From positions 9,424,001 to 9,488,000 of the forward strand of contig NC_087456.1 of the NCBI RefSeq assembly GCF_036321535.1: DNA of 64,000 nucleotides. The letters run 5' to 3'. Below, piece after piece: positions 1 through 10,996 of the stretch. Source of the DNA: Camelus dromedarius. Its lineage: Eukaryota. The notes under the pieces are model-generated. The model saw only the letters and a list, made by a program, of their open reading frames with translations, did not search any database and was not told the origin of the DNA. Every line of letters starts with the position of its first letter. Position 1 is the stretch's first letter. The translations under genes and the position numbers were made by a program.

Positions 1-84
1 CAGAACCAGAGACCGTCAGGTCGACCAGTACCCAGTCAACCAGGAGAGGTTTTGTGGAAGGAGGGGAAGCCTAGGAAAATTGAT

Positions 85-230
85 AGGTTATGTGCCAGCT
101 ATTATGCCAGGAAGTGGGTATTATGACCCTCAATTCCCAGCTGAAGAATCCATAGGAAAGACAAATATATCCAATGGTCGCTGAAGGTCATGGCAGCACT
201 GGGATTTGAATTCTAGCCAGTCTGATGGGT
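85..230 (-). mobile_element. MIR SINE fragment
   Basis: ctgggatttgaattctagccagtctga resembles the MIR core reverse complement; diverged. Confidence 0.45.
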
Positions 231-311
231 TCTCACTCCACCACATAGCCTCTAAGGGTCCACAAAGACTGGCCAATGGGATTCTTTCCAGATTGGGGCA
301 TACTCACTCAC

Positions 312-350
312 CTGTGAAGATGTCTCAAACACCACGCTGCCATCTGCCAT
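312..350 (-). CDS. Candidate coding part (MADGSVVFETSSQ) of a 49-nt minus-strand exon 312-360; gene not recognised
   Basis: Minus strand reads ctttaac (branch-like)...ctctccttcgctcttcag|GGAACCAGACATGGCAGATGGCAGCGTGGTGTTTGAGACATCTTCACAG|gtgagt. Both splice sites are near consensus. The ATG at 350-348 is in strong Kozak context (gacATGG) and gives 13 open codons ending in phase 0. It could instead be an internal or non-coding exon. Confidence 0.5.
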
Positions 351-1014
351 GTCTGGTTCCCTGAAGAGCGAAGGAGAGATGTGCAGCCAGGCAAAGGAGG
401 AGTTAAAGCCAGAGAGTGCTGGGGAGGGTGACTACTCAGTGACAGAAGAATGTGCTCCCCACAGTCCAGAGCTCTGGAGGAGCCTCAGGCAGAAAGGCAG
501 TGTGGGGGAGCGTGTGGTCAGGAGGGACCGGAATCGAAGAGCCATCTGGAGAGACAGAGACAGGGAGGACCCCTTCCTGATCGGCACCACTCGACCAAGC
601 CCTCAGGGGCACAGAGACTCCCTTGACCTGATGAGCCAGGTTTCCTTGCCAGCACCTGTTCTGAGTCCAGGATGCAGGGATGGAGAAGAGGGGAGTATGG
701 GGCAGACAGAGCTGAAGGGGGTGGTGGTCAGAAAGCAAAGAGACAGTGGATCCTACTCATTCTGTAAAAGAAAGAAGCCACTCTTGGTTTTGTTTTTGAT
801 TCATGGGGTAAATCTGAGCTTGTTTCACTCATCTGCTTTCGGTTCCTAAGAATTGATATATTGCTGTGTTTTGGGGATAAAGCAGAAATGCAGGTTCTAT
901 TCTTGGACGGTAATCAGGGACCCATAATCAAGGTGGGGGGAGAAAAGAGCTTCAGTGAGAAAATCCCAGGGAACTTGAATCCCCATTTGTCCATCTCCTT
1001 GCCCTAACCCTTAC

Positions 1015-1070
1015 CTTAGTCGGAGGAGCGTCTGGGTCTGGGGAAGGGCCTCTGCACCTTCAACCCTCTC
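1015..1070 (-). other. Candidate non-coding first exon of the same minus-strand transcript
   Basis: Strong donor CTAAG|GTAAGG with exon end at 1015 and no ATG in the segment. The 5' boundary is inferred from a TATA-like AAATATAA at ~1095-1102. Confidence 0.4.
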
Positions 1071-1089
1071 CCAGGTGCTGCTGCTCTTG

Positions 1090-1290
1090 CTAGGTTATAT
1101 TTTGAGTGGCAAGTTGTCAGTCATTGCTGCAGGGAGGCAACTCGCATTCTAAGATCTCACTGTATTCGTAGTCAGGAAGTCTGTCTGTGTATCTGACTGA
1201 AGTGCACCATGGACGTCTTCACTTTGCTTTACTTCCTGTTCACAGAGGAACTGCAAAAGAGCCGAACACTTTCCTTACGTCAATCCCTTG
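1090..1290 (-). promoter_or_regulatory. Putative promoter: TATA-like box, two ETS sites, CRE/ATF-like site
   Basis: TATAA on minus strand (1095-1099); ACTTCCTGT 1231-1239; AGAGGAACT 1244-1252 (PU.1-like); TTACGTCA 1275-1282. All lie immediately upstream of the candidate exon. Motif presence only. Confidence 0.35.
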
Positions 1291-2529
1291 AATCTTCCAA
1301 ATGTCCCAAGTGCTAAGAGTCATCTGGGGAGCAGGGAGTGATACAATTCTTGAGGGTCTGGAAGTCTTGGTTCTAGAGCTTTCTCCTCAAAACCTGGCCT
1401 AATGCTAAGTGACTGATCAGAAGGACCAACGTGACAATCACTGCTTTTCAGGACCCACAGGGATGGGACTCATGATGAGAGGAAAGAGTTTGGAAAAAGC
1501 TTCCAATTGGGTCAGGTTTTTGGCAGCATATGCTTTTTCTGTATGTTCCATATTCTCTCCCTAGGACCGATTCCTGTATTTCCACTGGGGGAATAAGAAC
1601 AACTGTGCACATCTGTCTCCCAGGCTATTCTTTGTGCTCAGCTGCCTGCTAGTCAGACACAGATTCTGCTCAGGCAGATCCCATGGTACGAGTGTGTAGT
1701 GTGTGCTTTTGTATGAAGAGTGCCCAGCCAGCTCCAGCGCTATCAGATGGGCATGAATTAAGGGCCCATCTGCCCAGGTGGCATTTCTGAGCTACTTTGG
1801 AGCCGAGGCTGAACCAGCAGTACAGAGTTTGCTTTCGAAGCCTCTTGGAAGCAATGCAGCAGGGTCCTCCTCCCCTTTGGGTCTGCCCCTCACCTTATAA
1901 TCCCAAGTCATGGAGATTTTCCTCTTCAACCCAATAAAACTGTGTATCTTTTCTTGGCCCTCTTCAGCAATTGGCTTATGGGTCATGTAAACGTGATGGA
2001 TTCTGCTAAGAAGAGCTGCCTGTCTGCTTTCCTGGCAGAGAAGGATTTCTTGGATGATGCCCCTCCAGTGCGGGCAGACCATGATACCCTGACAGCCTGC
2101 AGGGGTATGAATGCACTGGGTCGTTACCAAGCAATGAACCCCTTCTCCTGTCAGGGCTCCCCCCAGTTTTGACACTTGTTATGGAGTGAGGAGCTACTCT
2201 GTACTCAGCAGCTTATTCTTAACGTTCTTGAGCCTCTAAACCTCAGCCCCAGGAGGCAGCTGGAAGGAGAACTTGTGACTCAGTGAAGAGAGCACTAGAG
2301 GCAAGGATTCTGGACCAGACTGTGATTGCTTTTAGGTTAGCACGTTATTTACCTCTTCACGACTTAGTTTCACTTCCTGTAAGTTTGAGGGTGTTTGACT
2401 CTATCATTTATTCATTTACTTAACATGTACTAGTTTAATATCCATCTTATGTCCAGGTGCCATATGGGGCTCTACAGCAAATACAAATGGAAGGAAAAAT
2501 AACATTTTAGAGCATCTACTCAAAATATG

Positions 2530-2650
2530 TCTTTTTACTCAAAGTATACTGAGTTCAGTGGCATTGGTACCATTTGGAAGCCTGTTAGAAGTGCAGAATC
2601 TTGAGTCCCACTCCAGACTATGAATCAGAAACTGCATTTTAACTAGTATG
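2530..2650. mobile_element. MER5-type hAT-Charlie MITE fragment
   Basis: gaagcctgttagaagtgcagaatcttgagtcccactccagactatgaatcagaaactgcattttaac matches the MER5A/B core. Confidence 0.7.
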
Positions 2651-2854
2651 TTGGGAAGCATGGACTCTGGATAATACTGCGTCCTCTGCTTTAGTGTGCA
2701 TCATTTCATGATACACGATCCTCTTTGTAAGGAGCTTAGAATCAAAGACGAGAGAAAGAGAGTCTGACAGATTCCTACTCTACAATGTGGTGAATGTCTC
2801 TACAGGGATGGAAATAAGATACTATGGAAATTCAGAGGAGTAAATGATTGATTA

Positions 2855-3070
2855 TGCCATTCATTCATTCACTCTAAAAGCATTTGAACACTTGCTATAT
2901 GCCGGGTATTCGGCTGAATGCTGGGAAACACAAATAATATCAGAACCAAGAGTGGCTTCTTTACTTTAAGGAGAGGGCAGGATCCATTGTGTCTCCCCTA
3001 ACTTTCTCACAATCATCCCATTCAGCTCTCTGTTTTTATAGAACTTAGCTTCTAGTGGGCAAAGACATAA

Positions 3071-3125
<55 letters not shown>

Positions 3126-3790
3126 AACACATATATATTATATATATATTATATATAGTGATGATGCTGTGAAGGCAATAAACAAAGTGATATGATAGCG
3201 AATGGAGATGGGGAAGTGGGTGCCATGTGCTCAGTTGGTCCAGATAAGACTCTTCGAGGAACTGGGATTTAAACGATGAGGAAATGATCACAGGAAGATC
3301 TGAGCTTTGGGAGTTGGGAGAAGAGGGTCGTAAGGAGGGAGGACAGCAAACATAAGGCTCCAGGGAACAGATAAGTTTAACCTTACCCTGGTTTAGTGGG
3401 AGCTCTGGGGAGCTTGGTGAGCAGAAAGCACAGGAGCTGTCAGGACCCAGGTTACGTAGGGCTGTGAGGCCATAGTAAGTGTTACAGTGAACTTTACTCT
3501 GAGTGCAACTGCGGCAGTATGCACTGATGTATGCGTAAACCACATAGTTCTGGCTGTTGTGTGGAGACTAGGCTATTGAGGGTAAGGCTGTAAGCAGGGA
3601 AGCCAGGTGGGAGGCTCTTGCAGTCATGCAGGCAAATGATAATGGTGATTTGGTCTAAGATGGAAGGTGTGGCCATGGAGAAAGGTGGATGGATTTGGGA
3701 TCTATTTTGGGAAGAGCATCAAAAGTACCTGGGAAAGATCTTTTAGGGAAGATTATGAGCGGATGAGATGGGCTTTGAAGAATAACTAGG
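2855..3790 (-). mobile_element. L2 LINE 3' region, interrupted by a (TA)n tract
   Basis: Starts cattcattcattcac...catttgaacacttgctatatgccggg (reverse complement of the L2 tail). Continues with ggaggctcttgcagtcatgcaggcaaatgataatggtgatttgg...ggatggatttgggatctattttg, typical L2 antisense. Confidence 0.7.
3071..3157. repeat. (GT)n(AT)n microsatellite with degenerate AT extension
   Basis: Pure (AT)n from ~3078 to 3121, then acacaaacacatatatattatatatatattatatata. Confidence 0.97.
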
Positions 3791-4794
3791 GATTCACTAG
3801 GCAGACATTTAAAATTCTAGGTTTAGAAGACCAAAAGTGTGGGGCCATGTGTTTTGGAAGAACAAGGTTCACTCATGATATTCTTCTGAAAGAACCAGGG
3901 AAGCAATACTTGAAAGTGGATATTTCTCATGGATGTGCAGTTCTTTCCTTTCACAATGGCAGCCCTCAATTGTGTGGTAACACCCCTCACTTATGAGCAA
4001 GGCTCTCCAACTAATCACTTGAGAGGGAAGAAAAGCCCCCCCACCTCCACCTTTTTCCCTTCCAGTAGAGCAGACATTGGTCCTGGATCTTCTTATGTCC
4101 ACCTCCTCTTAGAAGAGACAGTTTTGGTCTTCTGAGCAATATGTTTTCAACCCCAAACTCCAGAGCTGCCCCAGAAACCACTCACTCCAAGCAGGAAAAT
4201 AAATGTGAATATCACTAACTCAGCAGCCTGGCAGCTGCACACGATCCCATTATGTCAATCACCATCAGCAGTTCACTGTAACTGGCGGGCTGTCATCCTC
4301 CTGGAGAGTAATTGCTAGGAACCTGTTGTATGTATTAATAGATCATTTATTCAGATTGATCTTTCACTCATTGATCTTCAATCTCTGCCCATGGCCAGGT
4401 AGCTATCGTTCTTGTGATCTGACTTCTGGGGCCAGTCTTTACTCTAAAAGACCCTCCTGGGATTTCTTAGCGAGCAGAACAGCCCCATGCAGTCTCCATG
4501 TCTGCAAGCCACAGCTGCAGTCAATCTCTGTCCATCTCCAGAGAGCCTAGGCATGCTGCTGCTTCCTGCCCTTCCACAACTTGATTTTTAATATCTTAGG
4601 TTCCAAATCTGCAGTCAAAGCACTGCTGTCAGGCTGTGATCTGAATCCTCCCTTGAATAGCTCTAGCATTCTGCCCCTTAGAAATGTGAGCTCTTTTCTC
4701 ATCCTGCTGCCTTCTCTGTGCCGGCTCTCATCATTGGGCCAGATAGAGAACCTGAGGTCAGCCTCATCCTTCAGCTGGCTAACTCTTATCCGTC

Positions 4795-5041
4795 TGTTAC
4801 AGGCTGCATTGGTATGTTGAAGTCCTAACTCCCAGAACCTCATAATGTGACTATTTGGAGATAAGGCCTTTAAAGAGATAATTCTGGTAAAATGAGGTCG
4901 TACAGGCAGGCCCTCATCCAATATGACTAATGTGTTTACAAAAAAGAGGTGATTAGGACACACACATGTGTACACATGTTGGAAAGACCATGTGAGGACA
5001 TGGCAAGGGAGCAGCTGTCTGCAAAACAAGGAGAGAAGCAT
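4795..5041 (+). mobile_element. MLT1 (ERVL-MaLR) LTR, 5' part, running into an assembly gap
   Basis: tgttacaggctg...cctaactcccagaacctcataatgtgactatttggagataaggcctttaaagag...ggccctcatccaatatgac...gaccatgtgaggacatggc, which is MLT1B/C-like. Confidence 0.85.
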
Positions 5042-5176
5042 NNNNNNNNNNNNNNNNNNNNNNNNNNNNNNNNNNNNNNNNNNNNNNNNNNNNNNNNNNN
5101 NNNNNNNNNNNNNNNNNNNNNNNNNNNNNNNNNNNNNNNNNNNNNNNNNNNNNNNNNNNNNNNNNNNNNNNNNNNA
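5042..5176. other. Assembly gap (N-run)
   Basis: 135 N. Confidence 1.
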
Positions 5177-5930
5177 TCTTTCAAGTCTCACCATAATGGC
5201 ACCTTTTCTGAGAGGATTTCTCTAACTCCTTGGTTAGTGTAGGTCATCCTACTGTCTGCTCCCATTTCTCTGTCTTTTCACTGCCCTAACGTTCATCATG
5301 TGATGTTATACTTATTTAATTTTTCGTTTTCAACAGTCTGTCAGCCCCATGAGGTCAGGGACAAGACAATCTTGTTCATTGCTTTGTTATATATGAAAAT
5401 TAACCCTAATTGTTGTAACAGATAAACCTCCAAATCTCAGTGACTTAGCACACAAAGATGAATCTCCCAGTCTCAAAAATCTCCTTAAAAGAAAGAATCT
5501 GAAAAAAGGAAGTTATGTCTATTTCTCATTCATATCATGGTCCAACACAGGCCAAGGATTCAAGGAGTCAAGTTGAGTCCGGTTGAATCAATGGTTGCAT
5601 CTTCCTCTGAGTCACTGAAAGGCCTCCATTTTACTTGGTGGATATAGAATAAGAGACTGATCATTGGTAGGAAGTTTCTATGAGTCAGACTTGAGAGTGG
5701 AGCACCTCATTTCTGCTCGCATTGCATTGGCCAGAGCTCAAGTCACATGGTTTCACTTTAATGCAAGGAAATCTGGGAAATGTAGTCCAATTGTGTGCCC
5801 AGGAAGCAAAGGAGGGCATGGAAATTGGTGAACACCAGCAATTTATGCCATAACTGCTATATCTCTGGTACCAGTCATAATGCTTGACTCATAGTAGGTA
5901 CGTAATAAATATTTTGATTAATTAACTCAT
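5177..5930 (+). mobile_element. L2 3' end split by an MLT1 insertion (L2 pieces 5177-5384 and ~5853-5930)
   Basis: The left piece ends ccccatgaggtcagggacaagacaatcttgttcattgc. The right piece resumes tatatctctggtaccagtcataatgcttgactcatagtaggtacgtaataaatatttt. Confidence 0.65.
5385..5852 (-). mobile_element. Old MLT1 (J/K-like) MaLR LTR containing a 62-bp foreign insert
   Basis: tgttgtaacagataaacctccaaatctcagtgacttagcaca...cattggccagagctcaagtcacatgg...gcaaggaaatctgggaaatgtagtcc are MLT1 antisense hallmarks. Confidence 0.8.
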
Positions 5931-6116
5931 TAACCTCTACAGGTCACACACTAGGCCTTAGATGGAGCTGGGGTGGGATGGTTTAGAATCATAGGTCTTA
6001 CTGCTCTGTCTGGGGGCTTTCATTAAACCAAATTACCTCATCTGTGCATGCTTAAAAGATGAATCTCCCAGTCTCCAAAACCTCCTTAAAAGAAAGAATC
6101 TGAAAAAAGGAAGTTA
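5454..6116 (+). repeat. Dispersed direct repeat, 62 bp x2 (5454-5515 and 6055-6116)
   Basis: aaagatgaatctcccagtctc(a/c)aaaa(t/c)ctccttaaaagaaagaatctgaaaaaaggaagtta; 60/62 identical, offset 601 bp. Confidence 0.95.
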
Positions 6117-6289
6117 CATCATTTCTAACATATTAATAAAAACAGGCAGTTCAGTATGTGTTTTTGCCATTTTGCCGTAGATATTTGCCCCTAAGTTATT
6201 ATCCTCTAAGCTCCTGGAGAGCAGCACATTGGCCATCTGGGTAGCCAGCTTCCAGCCCAGTGCCTGGCACAACTTGAACTTCCTTTCAG

Positions 6290-6515
6290 CCAGCATTTAT
6301 TGAGCATTTACTACATGCCGTGCTAAGTGCTTTACATCCATTAACTCATTCAGTTGTCCCACGAAGTAGCAACAATGATTGTCTGTTTTTTTATATAATG
6401 CAACCCAGTGCTCAAAGACCGAAGGATAATTGCCAAGCACCCCACAACTCATGAGTAGGCAAAGCAGGATGCAGAGTCAACTCCATAAGATTTCAAAGCT
6501 CATGCTCTTAACCAC
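6290..6515 (-). mobile_element. MIR SINE
   Basis: catttattgagcatttactacatgccgtgctaagtgctttacatccattaactcatt...caaagctcatgctcttaaccac, both MIR ends in antisense. Confidence 0.8.
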
Positions 6516-6845
6516 AATTCCAAGCTGCCTTTCCTGTCTTTGCTCATTACATTGAGTGTAAATTGGCGATGGGCATCAGAGTGCCGTTTGCTGACCTTAT
6601 GAGTGAGAAAAGACTGGACTGCTTGGTCATAGTCTTATTTGCAAGAGTGTGTATCTCTCCACATCCTTGAGAGCAAGGAATGGGCTGCCTCTATACCCCA
6701 CAGAACATCTAGCACAGAACCCTCTGCGTAGATTCTCAAAGTCTGTCTCTATTCCCTGCAAGTTTCACGAACCAGGACCGAAGCAAGAAAAGGAGTGGTC
6801 TGTTGGTGAGTGTCTCCTTCCACAAACACCCACTGACATACTTAC

Positions 6846-7367
6846 CACCTTCACCCCCTGCTCAGCCACTCCACCCAGAGCTGCTCTTGGAGGCCTTTCT
6901 TGATCTTTCTATATGCAACAGGGACAGGTGGTGGGTCCTGGTATCCTTTGGGAAAAAAAAGGCAGTTCTTTCAATATCTGAGATCAATGTTGATGGTTCA
7001 GGAAGGGAGCCTTTGTTTTCTGATGGAATTTTCATCTCGAGGATCAGACAGAAAAGAAGAAAAAATCATGGTAAATCAAGTTCTCTCCAGAAATAAGACA
7101 GATATCTCTTTTTTTGGTCACATTTCTCCATTCTTTTTGAGCCCCGTTGCATCACAGAGTTCCAGGGCCCTCTTCTTCCAGGCTGGGAAGCCCAGAAATA
7201 GCAGTGCCCAGATTCCAGCACCACTGTTACAGCTCCCGGGAGGCGGAGGCTGAGGCCTGCCCTAATTCTTTCTCAGATTCATTCTGCAGGCTACTTCAGA
7301 GTGGATGCAAAATTCGTTTGGGTGCATTTGGTCTAGGATATTTCGTTAGTGGGCTTTCCTGGCAAAT
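6846..7367 (-). pseudogene. Candidate decayed exon (522 nt) with in-frame stops; parent gene unknown
   Basis: Acceptor ttttatttactttctttttggtgaaag|ATTTGCC at 7367 and donor GTG|GTAAGT at 6846. Phase-0 reading ICQESPLTKYPRPNAPKRILHPL*SSLQNESEKELGQASASASREL*...LPSLEEEGPGTL* is protein-like but interrupted. No homology could be confirmed. Confidence 0.3.
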
Positions 7368-8153
7368 CTTTCACCAAAAAGAAAGTAAATAAAATAGTGC
7401 TCTTTTTGCGTGCATTTGGCACAAGTGAAGTCCCCTCCTGTGCGAGCACTTGGTTGAATGATTTCTGCCGTCTGGCTTTCCTGTCCCCACAACGAGCAAG
7501 GCTGCACAGCTCCAGCTAGTCAATGTGGGGAGGTCAGTCTCCACCGTCTCATAGATGCACGTGACTCTCTCCTCTCCTTACGGTGGATGAGATACAACTT
7601 ACATAATAAATAATGAGGGGGATGGTTCAGGCAATGTGGTAGGACCATGCGTAGGTTTTCTTTTTCGGTGGGGTGAGGAGGATTTACAGCATCTCTGAAG
7701 GGATCCTGAATTGGCCCATGGCTGCTCCATGTATAAAGGGAACAGAAAAGTGTCCAGTGCTACTTGAATTTAAGTTTTACAGCTTGGCTGCTGCAACTGG
7801 CAGGAGCCCCTTGGGGATGTCAGGTCCAGATGGGGCTGAAGAAAGACATTCTCCAGTCACCCCAAGTTCATTTCCACTTCAGGCTGAGGGCCAAGGGGAA
7901 GCTCTGTCTCTTCTGATTTGGTATAAATTGAGGCCATCCATCCCAGGTGAGCTGCAGTCCCGGCCTTTTTCTTGCTGATGTCAGAAGGCTGAATATGGAC
8001 TTCAGGAAGGCTTGAGGGCTGTCTCGCCTGCTAACACTGATTTTAGGATATATACTAACCATAACATCCAATAGCTATTACTTCCACTGTCAGAGAAACA
8101 ACTGGAATCATCTATCTTCCTCCTCAGACTGTATTACATTCCTCCCTACAAAT

Positions 8154-8302
8154 NNNNNNNNNNNNNNNNNNNNNNNNNNNNNNNNNNNNNNNNNNNNNNN
8201 NNNNNNNNNNNNNNNNNNNNNNNNNNNNNNNNNNNNNNNNNNNNNNNNNNNNNNNNNNNNNNNNNNNNNNNNNNNNNNNNNNNNNNNNNNNNNNNNNNNN
8301 NN
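8154..8302. other. Assembly gap (N-run)
   Basis: 149 N. Confidence 1.
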
Positions 8303-9571
8303 TCAGAATTTGTGGAGACGGACTCCTCTGATTTACCTCTCATGCAAAGCTGGGCTTTTATTCCATTAGATTTCTCAGCACGTAGAAGGACAGGATGGAC
8401 GAGGTATTCTACTTTCTTGCTTTGTCAAAGGATGCAAAAAGAAAGACCAGGATTTAGGATTACGGCGCTTGAGCGCTGGGAGAGGGCTCCTTGCGTCGTC
8501 TGTGCCAGTGCCCCCTCTCTTCAGGCAGGGCTGAAACCTTGAGCATCCCATTTAAACAGAGCTCTTCAGATGGAGGTCCCAAAATTGTTCTTGGTAACTT
8601 GTCTCAAAGTTTAGCAGCCTTCCTTTCTAAGAAGCTCTCGTCCCACCCCAAGTTAAACCCATGTCCTTAAATTCAGTCAAAAGATGTGACATTCTATTGA
8701 GATCTTATTTCTCTGAGGAAATAAGAAAGCCCAATGTAGAAAACACTTTAAATGGCATATACGCTTGGAGGCAGTTTTTTTTTTTTTTCTCACAAATCAA
8801 AAAGAATGTTTCCTTGAAGAATGAGTCCTCCAGTTCTCTTAAGTGACTGCGTATACATCATTAATGACTAGACAGAAAAGCTTTTTTTCCCCAGCTGGGG
8901 GCAGGTCAATGTGCAGACAGAGAAGATAAAATTTAAGTGCCAACAAACTAACGTTTTCTGAAAGTCTGACAGAATTGCTGATACAGTCCTTGTAAAACAC
9001 AGAGATGTCTTTACATTGATACGTTGATATAAAAACATCAATCCACATGCCAATTTGTTAGAATGAAGTGTGGTTCAGCTGTACTTAAGAGTGAAACTTT
9101 TCCCTGCATTTCTCTCGAAATTTCTCCAGCACCTAAAATCCAGTGGGGACTGAGCCTGGGGTCAAGACTGGCCTTGAACAAGTGGCTGAGTTTAGGGCAT
9201 AGAAGTTGCTGCTGTTTACCTTTATCTCCCCACCTTCTCCCCTAGTGCTCCTTCTCTATTGTCCAGTAAGACCCGTCCTCTCCCGTCTTTCCTCACCTAG
9301 GCATCTAAGACCTAAACAACCCTAGCTGCTCGTCCTGTTCCACACGTCTCAGCGTTGATAGGTGAAAACTTGAGAAGCTAATGGCTGATTAAGACCTGAA
9401 GCCAGAATCCTTCCTGTACTGGTTTACATTTTGATAGTGGATGATTGGAAAGCAATATTACTACTCAAAGAGTGGTACTATTTAATGGCGAACATTCAGA
9501 CATCATAAAGGACTCTGATTGGAAGATAATTTTGGACTAGGTCTGGAAGCAAAGGGAAGCTGGGAAGGTCT

Positions 9572-10996
9572 TCAGATCACTCCAGGTAAGGGACTCAAAT
9601 CCTTCTGCCTATGAGACAAGATCGAAGTGGCCGGGTAGGCAGTTCTCCCCTGCTCCACATTCTGAAACCCTCCTTTCCTTGCACAGAGCACAGGACAAAG
9701 GCGACGATGCAATATCTTGAAAATGCAGAGTGGCATGTTTAACATCCGCAGAAGACATGACTCCATGTACTTCCAGCTGTTTCCCTTGAAACAGAGGATA
9801 AGATGAAAGGCTTGTTTCTGCGGAGGGAGAATGCCTTGGAAGGCTTACAGCGGCCATTCTTGTACCCATGCTCGCCCACCATCTTCGAAAGATAAGAAAA
9901 TGGTGTAGCTGAGAAGTCCTGCCTGATCGTATAGGACTGCAAAGGCGACACAGTCACAGGCAGGGTTACAGCAGGGATGGGAGGTGTAACAGGGTGGCCT
10001 GGCTGACTTTTGAAGATTTGGGTGTTGTCAGAAGCTCGTATTGAGCCAGTCTTAGGCTTCTGCACTCTCCATTGAGACTCTGAGCTAGTAGCCCATCCCT
10101 GGGGACTTGAGAAGGCTCCATGAGTTACTCACAAGGCAGATGGACTCTTCCTAAAGCAGTGTAGGTTTGTTTCTGAAATATAAGTACAGATTGGGAAAGT
10201 GGAAAAGGGATGCTGAGATGATACATTTTGTTAGACCTGACTGCTGTCCTGTATCCCACCCTTCAGTGTTGTTTTTCCCAAAACAAACAAATAAACAATC
10301 CCAAAGACGGTGAGTTGAAATGAGAGGGACTTCCTTGCATTTCCTCCTTTCCTCCCTTTCCCAATAGTCCAGCTGCTGTCCTTTCTCCTCCTCGCCCATT
10401 ATAATAAGTTTGGTTGGTTTGGGGTAGGTTTGTTGCCTCAAACCAGCTGAGTCCCCTTTCCGATCCAGGAGGAAGGAGAGCAGATCTGGTCGGCTTGTTC
10501 CTGATGGGACTTGGGGCATCTCTTGTAATGAATGTGGCCCTGGGATGTGGACTCCTCCTGGATGCTGCTGTGGCCTCATTACGCCTGGGCTGAGTTCAGG
10601 ATGTTTTGAAAAAAGTGCAGTGCCGAGCACTGGTCGTCATTTTAGTACATTGTTTACAACAAAAGATACCGTTATTCACAGGCTCTGTTTGGTTAGTGGT
10701 GCAGTACCTCTACTGCACGTTGTTTTCTGTGGATGCACTGACCCATACCCAAGTTCTGTGAAGCAATCGGTAGGTAAGCTCTGTAGGGATGGAGAGAAAG
10801 CTCCCCCTTAGCGCCTTCTCCTTTCAGCATCAGAGCGTACTCTGGGTACAGCACACCTGATTCTTTTGGACTTTTTTGACCATACAAGTCGTTCATCCCT
10901 GTAATTCATTTGAGGTGTCTCTGGGTGTTGCTGAATTGGGCTCTTCAACACCATGAAATTGATGGCTTTTAGGGGAATGAAGTTGACAGGGTACAA
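9572..10996 (-). pseudogene. Candidate decayed large coding exon(s); parent gene unknown
   Basis: Six minus-strand ORFs nearly tile the interval, versus one plus-strand ORF. One frame runs 10996 to 10151 (282 codons) with only three internal stops. The block is repeat-free and retains CpGs. Confidence 0.3.

Noticed and set aside
436-541. Minus-strand acceptor ctctccag|ATGGCT near 541
   Set aside because: No good donor follows and all frames stop within ~110 nt. At most an alternative or cryptic site.
349-849. 166-aa plus-strand ORF
   Set aside because: No recognisable domain, purine-rich low complexity, and it lies antisense to better-supported minus-strand splice signals.
1311-1324. TGCTAAGAGTCAT resembling a MARE/AP-1 site
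   Set aside because: The core is AGAGTCA, not TGAGTCA, and the spacing is wrong.
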